DNA of 64,000 nt from Camelus dromedarius (taxonomy: Eukaryota): the NCBI RefSeq assembly GCF_036321535.1, contig NC_087436.1:106828001-106892000 (forward strand), read 5' to 3'. Under the pieces are notes generated by a model that saw only the letters and a program-made list of their open reading frames with translations, was not told where the DNA came from and did no database searches. Below are positions 1-12,613 of the stretch, piece by piece. Both the position numbers and the translations under genes were made by a program. How positions within the stretch are numbered: position 1 is the stretch's first letter; every line of letters begins with the position of its first letter.

Positions 1-1340
1 AGGTGCTGGCAGGAGCCTCCTGCCTGATAGAGCGCATGTGCGCGATAATTCATAGTTGTTATAATTACTCTCTCTGGCCTTATGTCATCTCGAAAGTGAC
101 CTGGAAGTATACTTTTCAAGGTGGGAGCAGGGGGGATCTGGACGGATCGTGCTGGACTCCACTGCTGTCTTCTGGACACCTGCACAGTCCTACCCACGCC
201 CCCGTCTCCCCCTTCCCTCCCTGGGGGCCGTCCTCCTTCCCCGGAGCCCGCTCCATTTGGCCAACGGCTCAGGTCCCGTGGCTGGCTTTCCAGACTGAAC
301 ATACCTGCTTCTCACGATTCCTCACAACCTAATTCAACCAAAGGCCTAACCCCCTCTTCATTCTTTAAGATCACCCTTCTTTTTTCAAAATTTGTATTGC
401 ATTATCATCTCATTTCCAGAGGTCACGACTCTTTTCTTTTGCTTTGCTTCTGACAGCTTTAAACAATGGCGTGTTTATTTTGGGAACCCCGTGGAAGCTT
501 TGTAAGCACCCATCTGCCCTTTTCCGGAATAGTCCAGTCATCCTCCCTCAGGTGAACAGAGTGCTGGGCTCCTGTGCTGTGCACAGCGCGCAGAGCGGGG
601 GCGGTGGACCAGGCGTTAGGAGACTCAAGTTCTAATCTTCACCTTGCTCCCGTCTTCGTAGCTGACCTGGCGTCATACCCTTACCTCTTTGTATTCCGGG
701 AATAATAGAATCAAAGTGTATTATGTTAGGAGGAAACTTTAAGCAAGGGCTTCCATCTGGTTAGGCTGCATAAGACAAACCTGTTGACTTTTTTTAAAAA
801 AAATACAAATTCCCAGGCTCCATCTCAGATCTTGTGAGTCATTGGAAGGGACAGGTAGTCAGAAATTCAGGGACTATTTTGTGCCTTCCCTCTTGTACAG
901 AGGGGATAGAGTGATATCAGCACACACCCTTTTCACCTAAATCGCAGATAATTATCCAGCTGAATTTGAGCTTTGATCTGTTGGCCATTCACAGCTCTTA
1001 CAGGCATCTTTGGGTTCCACTTGGTCAAGCAACCCAATGAACTGCTTCCTGGCTTAGCTTCCATGGGTACTGGAAACAAAATTCCCGGGAACAGCAAGCC
1101 TCCGCAGGGGCAGAGCTGGTCTCTGAAACCCCCGGGTGTGGGTGTCCTTGCGCACACGGGGCACAAGTGAGGCCGGGATCTGTGTGGCGCCTACTCTGAA
1201 ATGCCAGTGCCGATCCGATCCTGTGAATAATCCAAGAGGGGATCGGATTCCCGAGGCCCCAGCTGGCGGGTCTGTAGGAAAATCAGATTCCTGTGAGTCC
1301 TTAGAGGTCACAGGAGGGTGTATGACTGCTCCGGGTCAGA
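1..1340. promoter_or_regulatory. CpG/GC-rich segment, probable CpG-island edge or promoter-proximal region
   Basis: Visibly higher GC and CpG than the rest of the window. NRF1-like GCGCATGTGCGC at 32-43, GC box GGGGCGG at 598-604, STAT-type TTCCGGGAA at 694-702. No associated exon recognised. Confidence 0.5.
745..870. mobile_element. MER5-like hAT-Charlie MITE fragment
   Basis: aaaaatacaaattcccaggctccatctcagatc resembles the MER5A core. Confidence 0.5.
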
Positions 1341-1636
1341 GGCAGCTGGCTCAGGACAGAGACAGGAAGGGAGTGGAGAGGGGAAATGAGGGAATGGAAT
1401 GCGACCAGAAGAAACTGACTCCAGTCATAATTTTTCAGTTTCATAATTCTAGAAGGTGCATGTGTCTTGAGTACTACACAGGGAGATGGCCTTTCATCTC
1501 AGACACCACAGTCACAAATCAAGGGACAACACACACGTACACACACTCACAAGCGCACACCTCCCACCTTGGGTAAATGACTGAGCTGTGAGTTCATGAA
1601 TCTCACCAAAAGTAAGCTGAAAACTGCATGTGTGCA

Positions 1637-1638
<2 letters not shown>

Positions 1639-1672
<34 letters not shown>
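1639..1672. repeat. (CA)17 microsatellite
   Basis: Direct read of the sequence. Confidence 0.97.
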
Positions 1673-1673
<1 letters not shown>

Positions 1674-2550
1674 TCACAGGATACTCCAAATTTCCCTGCC
1701 AGAATCTCAAATTCTTACCAATTATTAACCCTTTATTAGACTCACAGCCTTCAGGGCCAAGAACTATATAGTTGATTCGTGTTTCTATTTCCCCAGGGGT
1801 AGCACCTGGAACCCTGTAGCAAGTGTTTGTAGGATAAATTAATAGAGGTAGTAGAAGTGATGGGGTACATTCTTTCCTCATATTGAAAGGTGGCTGTGAA
1901 AAAAGCCTCCCAAATCATATGCATGATGAATTGTAGCGAGATAGAAACGTTCATAGTATTTTTAAATGGAGACTACCAGGCATCCGTGAGGATTTGAGAG
2001 CTCTTAGCTGAAGGCAAGTGAACTTAGTAAAAGCCATGAAATGATTAATTCCAAGACAGATACACGTAAGATAAAAAATTGTGAAGCCATCTGGGTTAAA
2101 TAGCATAACAATGATCTCATTGCACTGTCATTAGTTGCGTAAAACTCTTTCTCTCCTAGTGAACAGTGAGCTACTCAAAGGTAGCAGACATGCGTCACTC
2201 ACATCTGTAGCCCTGGTGCCTCGAAGTGTGTGTTAGATATATTGTAAGGGGTTGTTATTACTGATTAAAGTGCAGTGAAGTGCAAACATTGACAAAAATC
2301 TATATGAAGTGTATGTTTACTTCAGCATCACATATGTACCTCTTCCAATTGACCTTGGAAATAAAATGCTTTGCAGTTGAAAGGGAATAGAATGTGTACA
2401 GAGATTTTCCAGTGTTTATTTTTACATTGAACATCAACCAGACTCCAAGGCTAATGCTATTGACCTGTAACACACATAGAGATATGGCAAAGCAACTGGT
2501 CATTTGGTCAGTGAGCTGAAAGGCCAGAAGGATCCTGTCCTCAATGGGAC

Positions 2551-2565
2551 ACTGCCATCTGGTGT
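2551..2565 (-). promoter_or_regulatory. Candidate CTCF site
   Basis: Reverse complement ACACCAGATGGCAGT matches the CTCF core CCACCAGRKGGCRSY with one mismatch. Confidence 0.35.
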
Positions 2566-2779
2566 ATGCCCCAGGTTAGACAGCCAGGGAAGGGACGTGG
2601 TCCAGGGTTGGGAAAGGTGGGGAGGCAGGGCTAGTACTTGAGTTCACACATTGCAAAGATGCTCTGTAGACAAGAATGATCACCTATTGGTTGGAATCTT
2701 GGATATGTAAGTTTCAATGATCCAGGGATGCGATGGGGAGGATGCTACATAGTAAGGAAAGAAAATTCCTCCATGTCTG

Positions 2780-2960
2780 CAATTGGTTGAGCATTTCCCA
2801 TTGGTTATCTCATTTAATACTCAGAGTCACCAGCAAGGTAAATATTCAAATGCTTGTGTTCTAAAGGTGAGGAAATGGAGAGCCAGATAAGTTAAGTAAC
2901 TTAAGGTAGAACTAATGAACAAACCAGAGCACTTTCCCCTGAACCTTGCTACCTCCATGA
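2780..2960 (-). mobile_element. MIR SINE fragment
   Basis: tatctcatttaatactcag...aaggtgaggaaatggagagccagataagttaagtaactt matches the reverse MIR core. Confidence 0.65.
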
Positions 2961-3249
2961 CTTTCTCATTTCAATAAACAGCCTCAGAAAGAGGGATGTT
3001 CTTTTCTTCATTCAAATGTAGTTTTAAATATTAGAACTAAATAGTCTTCAATGATCAATAATCGATCACAGTGGATGAATACACTCAGAGTTGCTGACTT
3101 CTAGTACCTTGCCATCCAGGCAGAAAGAAACAATCACATATTAAAGTGAGTTCACACTTAAAAATTAGTGTAACACCAGGCCAAAAATAATATTATCGCA
3201 AATAACATCAGCCAGTAATTGCCATCGATCTATTAAGTAATCCAAGAGT

Positions 3250-4210
3250 CAAGGAAAAATCTGTAATGCTATTTCTGTCTATTTAAAATTTTGATATTTT
3301 GTTCATCATGTATTTTTTGCATTACTTTTGATTTTTTTTGCTCTGTGAATACATCTTCCAGCTTTACTGAGATATAATTGACGTATATATTGAGTTCCAA
3401 GTGTACGCAGGTTGAGCTGATATAGTTACATATTGCAGAGTGTTTACCACTAGCATTAGCTAATGTCTCCATCAGGTCCCACACTACCATTTCTTTCAGG
3501 CGCTGAGAACATTCAAAATCTACTTTCTTATCATCTTTCAAGACTCTTCTACAGCTATATGAGCTATAGTCACCATGCTGTACATTAGATCCCCAGAACT
3601 TACTCACTTTAAAACTGAAAGCTTGTACTCCTTGACCACCATCTCCCAGCTCCCCGTTCCACAGCCCACAGTAACCACCATTCCAGTCTCCGTTTCTACA
3701 AGTTCAGCTCTTTTAGATTCTACGTATAACTGAGAGCACACAGTATTTGTGCCTGAATTATTTGGCTTAGCATAATGTCCTTAAGGTACAGCCACATTGC
3801 TGCAAATGGCAGGATATCTTTGTTTCTCGTGGCTGAATAACGTTCCACTGCACGCACGTGTGTGTGTGTGTGTGTGTGTATTACATCCTCTTTATACGTT
3901 CATCTGTGGACAGACACTTAGAGTGCTTCCATATCTTGGCCGTCATGTTTATGTTGCAGTAGATGGGGAGGGCAGATATCTCTCAGACCCTGTTTTCATT
4001 TCCCTTGGGTCTATACCCAGAAGTGGGATTGCTGGATCAAAATTCAATTTTTAGTTTTGTGAGGAAACCCTATACTGTTTTCCATACTGGCTATATTGTA
4101 ATTTTGATTTCTTAAATATCATCTTCAAATGTTATTTATATTGATTACCACATTTTGGAGCCTCCTTAAATTTTATGCCTGGAGAGAGAGCCTAACTAGT
4201 CCTGGTCCTG
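3250..4210. mobile_element. hAT-Tip100-type MITE split by an L1 insertion
   Basis: Left part aaaattttgatattttgttcatcatgtattttttgcattacttttgat continues after the L1 as attttgatttcttaaatat...ccttaaattttatgcctggag...ctagtcctggtcctg. Confidence 0.55.
3355..4092 (-). mobile_element. L1MA9-like LINE-1 3' fragment (ORF2 end plus 3' UTR)
   Basis: ccagctttactgagatataattgac...caccatgctgtacattagatccccagaact...tatacccagaagtgggattgctggatca. The ORFs at 3269 and 3797 are typical L1-derived frames. Confidence 0.9.
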
Positions 4211-5657
4211 AGGTATTTATAGTCGAATGGCTCGCAACCATCTAGAAAAAAACCTTAGTTTGACATAATGACTGTCAAAGAAATTTTGGCTTGATTACTG
4301 TTACCGTTATGCATCTTGTTTTCTCATGCGGAAAAAGTCGTATTATCATAACAATCTTATTAATTTTAAGACATTGATAGAAACATAATATGATAATTAT
4401 TGTAAGCCTTATATTCCTCGGAATTTTTAATATGTTTTATGTGAATAACAAATGCTTTACCTACACTCAAAGTAAACTGGAAAATCAGATGAGCTATTAG
4501 ATGTAACATCTCAATTTCAAGACATGATACATATGTGTTAGGGCTTTTAGTCATAGAAAGATGGATACTTGGTATAATGGACACCTCAAGAGATTTTTGT
4601 AAGTATTTATATAGTGTTAATGCAGAATATATCTTTGTGTCTGATTTTCAAATTAAACCATAAATATCCCAAGGGAAAACATGTTTTCTACCAATGTGTT
4701 ACAAATTTAGAATAACTAGAGTGTTGGCCCGTAGGTTTTCAGTAAAAACATATTGATGGTGAAAAGTCACATTAAGTAAGACAAAGTCCTCTCTAATGGG
4801 AGATGTTCGAGGCACCTTTCAAGCAACAGTAAGTCAAGCACATTCTTAAGCCATAAGCCATCCCAAGTAGGACCTTGTAGAGCCCCTGACAAAGCTTCAA
4901 AATATTTCCAAACAATATAATATCCCCAGAAAATCTTTTCTACTGATGTTTAGGTGTTTTGCCCAGAAGGCACAAATCATAAAACTAAAGAGACATTGTC
5001 AAGGTTTTATTTAATAAGTTAAGGCTCAGCTCTTCTCAGAGCAAGTTATATTAATTGTATTTCAATGCATAGCAAGCAGAAATTAAGAAGGATGTGGCAC
5101 GGTCAGTAATTCCCTCCCATTCCCTAATGCAATATCACCATCTCGAGCTTTCTTCTGAGAAGATTTAGTTGAAATTTCCACCCCACACCTCCTGGTAAGA
5201 AGACCATTTAATGTTCCGTTAGCAAAGCAGAGCATTTGGGAGACATAATGAAGAAAACGCTCAGAAGAACTCAAAGAAGACTTGAGGGAGGGCTCTGTTT
5301 TCCTATTAATCTTGTGGCTGAGTTGGAGTCTGGATAAAATTGTACAAATTCCTTTGTCATTTATCTGGGAGAATAAGATTTCAGTCAGACAAGGTACTTA
5401 CAATTGAGAAACCAGCTTCTCCCCAGCCATAAAGCATGCTAATTGGAAAGCTGTGGGCAGATTTTCTGCCAAAAAGCAGGGAATCTTCTCAAATATTAAT
5501 GATGCCCTCCTGCCAAACTTTTGGATGCTATCATGAATCTGGTGGCCTACAATCTTATGTCACTTTGTCATGTCTTTGATCTTGCTGTTCATGCATCCTG
5601 AAGAAGTAATACTGTCCTGTGGTGGTGGGGCTGTGGTGTGAGACACAATGTAGAAGC

Positions 5658-5660
<3 letters not shown>

Positions 5661-5729
<69 letters not shown>
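5661..5729. repeat. (TG)26 TT (TG)7 microsatellite
   Basis: Direct read; explains the CV/HT-repeat ORFs at 5555-5868. Confidence 0.97.
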
Positions 5730-6604
5730 AGCAGGCTGGTGTCTATGCAAGTGGACACAATCCTTAAAGGTGACATGTATTACAAGACTGAAACAGATAT
5801 TGATGAATGAATTTAGGAGTCATACTAAGCTTAACAATGAGTTGGACTGGCAATGCCAGCAAATGTAGAAGAGAAAGGGAACAGTGGCATTGAGTAATTC
5901 ATCTGGAGATCGTAACAGCAAATTATCGTGTAGGAGAAGCCAGAAGTCTTCCAACGATGTCAGGAACATTTTTTAAGAGGACGATGGTATTGGCTGTAAG
6001 ATGCAGCTGATCATATAAGCAGCGTATGGGATGCTGAAGTGCCCCTAACTTATTTTTGAGCAGCTTAACAAAATTAATGCTGTTTCTCCAGAAGACTAAT
6101 TTACTCCCCAGAAGTGGTCTCCACCTCGAATCTCAACCAGAAGTTGACTTGGCGGCTGCCAGGCACGCACCCTTGGCAACTGAGAACATCAGCAATGAGG
6201 AAGGAGCCTGGAACCTTCTCCTATGCCCAGGAAGAGGTCGAAACCTTGGCGCATTACTTTGGGAAGACTGCCAGCTTTTGGTCATAGACAGCCCATTTAA
6301 ATGCTTTATCTGAACTGCCTGTTACCGCACAGCTAAGGGCTTCTCCACTCGGCCAAAGTGGTCGGATAGACGTGTGATGAGTATTTGGGTTGTCGTGCCA
6401 AAGTCATTTTTGGCCTTTGTTTCTGGATACTTGTGAGAGCAACTGTCAACTCATTTCCTTAAATAATTGATTATAAAGAGGAAATCTCTAGATGGGAACT
6501 TAAAAGTTCTTATGAAGGCATTCCAGAGAAGAAATTTCCATGTGAAATAATGGTATAAGAAAAGGCATAATAAATCCTTGCATTTATATACTGAGCACTT
6601 TATA

Positions 6605-6850
6605 GTTTAATATAATGGTTAAGAGCGCAGGCATTGGAGTTAGACTGAATTAGGTCCTTGAGTGCTGTTAACTCCTATGAAAATCAATTGCTGAAATTCA
6701 GATTCCATAATTTCTTAAGGGCTTTGCCACTCACTAGCTGTGTGGCTTCAGGGAATTGTTCTAATCTCTTCAGTGACCTTGTTGGTAAAACTGGGATAAT
6801 AATGCCTGTGTAATAGGGTTGGTTTGAGGATTTGAAAATATGCTATATGC
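6605..6850 (+). mobile_element. MIR SINE
   Basis: ataatggttaagagcgcaggcattggagttagactg...ccactcactagctgtgtgg...gtaaaactgggataataatgcct. Confidence 0.75.
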
Positions 6851-7179
6851 AATATAATATGTATAAATGTAATTTTATATTATAGCTCTTTGCCAGTAAG
6901 TAATCAGGGGAGATAACAAATCTATGTTGTATATTTAAAGACCTTCAGAGCTTTAGAATCAGGGATGGAGTTTTAGGAGGATGGTTCAGGCACTTGCTGA
7001 GTTAGCTGAGCCATTTAAACCTTCCTGGGATTAAATAAACCCACATGTAAACGAATGATGATGTCCACTGGGAAGCAACACCTTTATACCCCAGCTATTG
7101 GAGCCTGAGCAATACATTAGTCATCTGTCTATGCTATGATTCAAGCTCAAAAGTGCAATTAAGTATTCCTTACTCCACT

Positions 7180-7432
7180 TGCAGTATAGCATCATGGAAA
7201 AATGTGGGATCATGGTGTCAGGTAAACCTTATTTGCATCCTGGTTTGACTGCTTACTGACTGTGTGATCTTGGAAAACAATAATTTAACTTTTCTAATCT
7301 TCATCTATAAAATGGGAATAATAAAAGTTCCTAGCTCATGGGGTTGAGAAAATTCAGAGACAATGATTGTAAAGCTCTCAGCATTGAGCCTGGCACATGG
7401 TAAAAAATATAATAAGTATTAACTACTGTTAT
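7180..7432 (+). mobile_element. MIR SINE
   Basis: cagtatagcatcatggaaaa...ctgtgtgatcttggaaa...catctataaaatgggaataata...cctggcacatggtaa. Confidence 0.8.
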
Positions 7433-7639
7433 TACATCTAGAAAAATAGAAGAGGACAAGAAGCAAAACAAAAATGTATTATGTATCAACTGTGTAGAAT
7501 GCTCTGCCGGATCCTCTATGTGCACTATCCTTTTTTATTCTCTTGGCTTCTCTGAAAGATGGGCAGTGTGTCTCCTATCTGTATAAATGAGAGATCTGAG
7601 GCTCCAGGGGATTATGAAATAGAGCCATTAAACCCATTA

Positions 7640-7870
7640 ACTGTTCATGTATTGCTTTAAAGAAACATGTGCTGAGTGCCTATTCTTTGCCAGGCACTGT
7701 TTTAGGTGCTATGGAGGTGTCTACCTCCTGTCTTCATAGAGCTTACTCTGTAGAGAGTGGAGAGAGAGCCGAGTTCAGAGATGCACTGGGAGCGGCGACA
7801 GAGGTTGGGCTGAATAAGTCGTGAACATCTTTAGGCCATTGTGAGGATCTTGGCTTTGACTCGGAGAAGA
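7640..7870 (-). mobile_element. L2 LINE fragment
   Basis: tgctgagtgcctattctttgccaggcactgttttaggtgct...taggccattgtgaggatcttggctttgactc. Confidence 0.65.
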
Positions 7871-9610
7871 ATTCAGTGTGCAGGACCTTTGTGCTTCCCT
7901 TAATGGTCTTTCTCATTTTTCTTTAAAGAATCATCTTATTGGTTTTAATATTAAGATCCTGGTCCAGGATCTGTAACCTAGAACCCTAAAGGGCTATGAG
8001 AGGACCATTGCAGGACAGGCAGTCACTGGCCAAAAAGCCCTGGTGCGTGTTCCTGGGCGGGCAACACTCCTCAACTATCTCAAGACACTCAACGGTCTGC
8101 TCTGCCACTTTGGCTGTCCCAGTGATGCAGGCAGTGGTCACAATCAAGCAGAGGAAAAGGCTGAGCTGGGACTTGACTTTGAGTCTCTGACTAATGTGAT
8201 TTTTCTTTTCATGAATCTCAACATTCCTTCCTCTCACTTAGACTTCTCTACGCTTTGTGCTCCGGGATGTCTCCTATGGTGCCATTGCCGTCATCAGACT
8301 TAAGATTAGCAATTAGCATCTCCTATGGACATCTACCCTCCACAGTGGAAAACTAATAAATCAAGTTTAATAAGGAAAAAAATAAGTGCTTTAAAAAATG
8401 AGTGGTCGAGTAAATGAAACCTCTCTACTGTCCATCAAAACTTACCTGCCCTGTGCAATTTCCTTGAGTGAATAGACTATTTAGATTCACCAGTTTACTC
8501 AATAGTGTCCACAAAGACACGACTCTTAACGACTTGACTGTAGAAGATGCATACTGTGAGGCTACAACCTGAAGAAATGATAATGCTCTGGGTAGAAATC
8601 AGAAGCATCATGGAAGCTGGTCAAAGAAATGAATTTTTCTGGATGTAAAAATGTGTAAGTCAGTTTTGAAAATTGACCATAATCCCTTAACAGGTGTTTT
8701 CAAAAATGTTCTTTTACTGAGAAAAGAGGATCTCCCATATTCCCTGAGTCTTTAAAATGAGACTACCTTGAACATGAAATCCACAGCTTATCATTTAGTC
8801 CATCTTAGTTGCCAATTCAGAGTAATTGTGTAAAAATTAATGAAAAGAGCAACCAAATTGGCACACAAAGCAGTTTTGGATGTACATCCAGATACAACCA
8901 CATTCTCAAGACTTCGTCCCTGAAAGGGAGGAAGAGATTGGAAAAAAAACCACTTGAAGGAGCAACTGGTCATCCGTGGCAAGAAAGTGTTGCTCTCCCA
9001 GTTTTATAAATTAAGCAGGAGTGGCAGTAAAAGTACCTAAAATGTATGTGTGTATTTATCACACACACACACACACACATATCCCATAGGCATAATGTAG
9101 ACTCTATTTGCAGCCATGCAAATAATGGATTTTTCAATATGAGTAAGTGACCTCCACTGCACCCTCCGGGTGCCTTGTTTTCCCAAGCATCTGAACATTC
9201 CTTCCCCCGCTGAAAACACCCGGCATTAATCCAATGCCTCTTATTAAGCGTGGGGAATATTCCTATTGACATACTGAAACTAAAGCTAGTATAATTTGTG
9301 CATGCCAATGGGTAGACTTCCTTGCCGAAGGGGTTTTCCCTGCTGCATATGGAAGGTGCTTACCCTGCGTCCCCTTGCCAAGGGACGATGATCATGTGCT
9401 GTATATGAATGCATAAACCATTTTATGGAGCGTGACACTCCCTGTGGGTCTCTAGAGATATTAACCAGACTCCTTCGTTTTCTAGACTTGAAGTTTCCAT
9501 GAACTGAGGAACATGTAACATCCTTCTCAATGCAGAAGAGAAGCATAATCCATGAAATTTCCTTGCAATAACCATTAGCAGAACAGAGTGAATGTGACTT
9601 CTATAACTTT

Positions 9611-9617
9611 CTCTCTC

Positions 9618-9648
<31 letters not shown>

Positions 9649-9653
9649 GTGTG

Positions 9654-9700
<47 letters not shown>
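9611..9700. repeat. Compound (CT)/(TA)/(TG)/(TA) microsatellite
   Basis: Direct read. Confidence 0.95.
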
Positions 9701-9701
<1 letters not shown>

Positions 9702-11390
9702 TAGACATTCAGAAAAGATTTTATGTGATGTGAAATTTGCCTTCCCAAGAACCTCAGAATAATTGCCAAAGACCTGGCCATTAATAGCAATTCTGATGTG
9801 TATCTAGAATATTCCCTTAACCTGCTAAGCCTTAGTCTTTCTATCAGAAGACAAAAGGTAATCACTACTTTCAGCCTGTCTCCCAAACCAGATTATGGGA
9901 TAAAACCAATAATATGAAAGTACTTAGAAACATGAAGCGCATTTCAGATCCTAGACGGGGGTTGGGGGATCAGAATGTAAGAATGTAAACGTCCGCAGCA
10001 TATTTGCATTAGCTTCGGTTTAGTAGTACCTTTAAAGAGAAATGTGTTCATCTCCACCCATAATTCTTAAAATTACTTCAAATTCTGTGGCTCAGTACTT
10101 GGTGTATTATACATGAGGCAGAACTGGTTTCACAGCTGGACTTTCTTGCATGGCAGTACTTAGAATATTTTTGTGTGTAATGCAGTCTTCTTAAAGGGTT
10201 TTCTCTTTAAATTTTATGGGGGGTAAAAAGATGATCAAAACATGACTTTTCCATTCCCAACAAATCCTAAGTTGGTTTAGGACATAGTTCATGTAATATC
10301 AGATATCCAGTACGCCAGGCAACCCCACAGTCCCACACCTTTTATAAACGTTTTGTGTGAGTATGTGTGTGTGTGTGTTTTAGGCTTTGTTGTCTGCTTT
10401 ACAAAATATTTTAGAACTTATTTTCTTTCCCTTTTTAGGTTGTATTCTCTTGAAAGGCAATGGGTCTGTTCTACCTTATTACTGGGATTTCTCATATGAT
10501 AAATTTATTGTGCTGATGAATGTTCAATAAATGTGATTAAATCCTAAAAGGGAAAAAAAAGGAGTTATCTATTGTGAATTTAAATAAAAATAAAAATAAA
10601 AATATAAAACTTATGTGGGCAGAACAACAGAAATTCTTCCTTAGAAATGTGAAAATAATGGAATGCGTGTGTTGTCACTGACATTCGCTTGAAACTCCTA
10701 GATTTGGGTAGGAATTCTACAAACTTTTTTTTTTTCTGGAGGAAATTGTTCTCTGCTCAGTAATAATAGTCCCTGTGTCACTGCATCACCACCTCCAAGG
10801 TGTACCATGCACACTGCATGCCATGGAAAACCTGATCAGAGACAACTGGTGCGCAATTTGCCATTCTGTTCTAGGTCATTTCTCAGTTTGGGAATGATTT
10901 CAGCTTTCATCAAATGCCCCTATAATACGCTATGCTGAATCCTATAAATAAAAAATGTACTTGGGACAGTTTAGCTATAGTTCTTGCTGTCTGTCAATTT
11001 GATTCAATTTTAATTTCAATAACTTTATTGTCATGACAAGGCAAATGTGGGCTTAAGGATTGCCAACGTCAATAAATCAACACTTGGTTTTGGAGATAGC
11101 TTCTCTGCTGTTTTTCTTACTATGGAAAGTGAGGGGTAGACCAACAGTCACATGTTTACAAAGGCTCTCCTGGTCTTGTGTAAAAATAATCCATCAGGAG
11201 CAATGCCCTCCTTCAGGTCAACCTAGAGAAATGCCCTTATTTGCCAAGCTTGATTTTGTAAGCCAATCAGCTAGGAATTCTGCTGTCAGTGCCAACCCTA
11301 TGTGATAGAATCAGGAAGAATAGCCCTCGGTGAGTATCACACTTCAAAGTTACAAGTATTTCTGCAATTGTTGCTAACCATTGCATAGAC

Positions 11391-11883
11391 CAGGAGCCAG
11401 CAAAATCTTTCTCAAAGGGCCAGAGAGGAAATATTTGAGGCTTGCAAATCTTAAAGGTTTCTGTCACAGCCACTCAACTCTGCCATTGTAGTAAGAAAAT
11501 ACTCACAGATAACACTTAAAAGAATGAATAGAGCTGCATTCCAGTAAAAATATATTTACATAGAAAACAAACTTATGGTTACTAGGGGGGATGGGGGTGG
11601 GAAGGGATAAATTGGGAGTTTGAGATTTGCAGATACTAACTACTCTTATACATAAAATAGATGAACAAGTTTCATCTGTATAGCAGGATACTGTATTCAA
11701 TATCTTGTAGTAACTTATAATGAAAAAGGATCTGAAAATAAATATATGTGTGTGTATGTGTGAATGCAACGTTACGCTGTATACCAGAAATTGACACAGC
11801 ATTGTTAACTGACTATGCTTCAGTAAAAAAATGTATTTACAGAAATATGCAGCTCCCCCACAAGCTGGAGTTTGCCAACCCTG
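11391..11883 (+). mobile_element. MER58A-like hAT MITE, interrupted by an L1 tail
   Basis: Termini caggagccagcaaa...tttgccaaccctg; 8-bp target-site duplication (TSD) gcatagac (11383-11390) / gtatagac (11884-11891). Confidence 0.85.
11561..11826 (+). mobile_element. Cetartiodactyl/camelid-type L1 3' UTR tail (5'-truncated)
   Basis: aaacaaacttatggttact...ctgtataccagaaattgacacagcattgttaactgactatgcttcagtaaaa; TSD aaaaatatatttaca (11546-11560) / aaaaatgtatttaca (11827-11841). Confidence 0.9.
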
Positions 11884-12592
11884 GTATAGACCTTCCATTC
11901 ATAAGTGGGTCTAAGGACTTTACAAATTTATTGCCCTTTGCTGCCTGAGCTGCATTTCAGATTCCTATAGAGCTCTTTACGTTCACTTGGTAACACAGAC
12001 CACACTTGTAATTATTAGGTTAGTGTCTGGATTGTTTGTGTCTCTAACCATAGTTGGAATACAACCAATGTTTATGGACAAATGAGTTACCTGGTATATA
12101 TACTGATAGATCCTCTAAAATATAAGGTATATCACTTAAGAATAAAAAGGCGGCCTAGGATTCTGGGAATACATAATGGGTCTGTTTTCTTATTAACTTA
12201 TTAAAACATCCAAAAACATTTTTTGGATAAATAGAATTGTGTGAGTTTTTCTGGGCTTGCTCAATAAATATAATACACCATGCACTCCCTTGAGAGTTTA
12301 GTCATAAGTTGCAGAAAAAAGGTAGATAATAGCAGATAACCTAAAAAATTTAAAGCAGCTAGAACTTAATACCACTAGCATGTAAAACAGATCCAGTATC
12401 ACTATGGTCAGTGGAGGGTGCAAGGCGGAAAAGCAAAGCATTCTTCTCTACATTGTGATGGTCCAGGGAGCAGCCTAATGACATCTTTGTCCCTCCAATG
12501 CAGGTCTTGGTGTTCTCTTTAGTCAATGTCTTCCATTGAGCACACACTCTTTCCCCAGAAAAGTTCTAGACTTTGAAGGGAGTAGAAAAGGA

Positions 12593-12613
12593 AAAAAAAA
12601 AAAAAAAAAAAAA
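12593..12613. repeat. Poly(A) tract
   Basis: About 21 consecutive A. Confidence 0.95.

Noticed and set aside
1213..1248. 9-bp inverted repeat atccgatcc / ggatcggat
   Set aside because: Short stem with an 18-nt loop; not enough to call a structured RNA.
3..1576. Several 100-146 aa ORFs at the window start
   Set aside because: Expected by chance in GC-rich DNA; no recognisable domain or convincing splice boundaries.
5555..5868. CV/HT-repeat ORFs
   Set aside because: Translations of a TG microsatellite.
7986..8303. Three overlapping ORFs in a unique GC-moderate stretch
   Set aside because: No similarity I can recognise in any frame and no clear exon signals.
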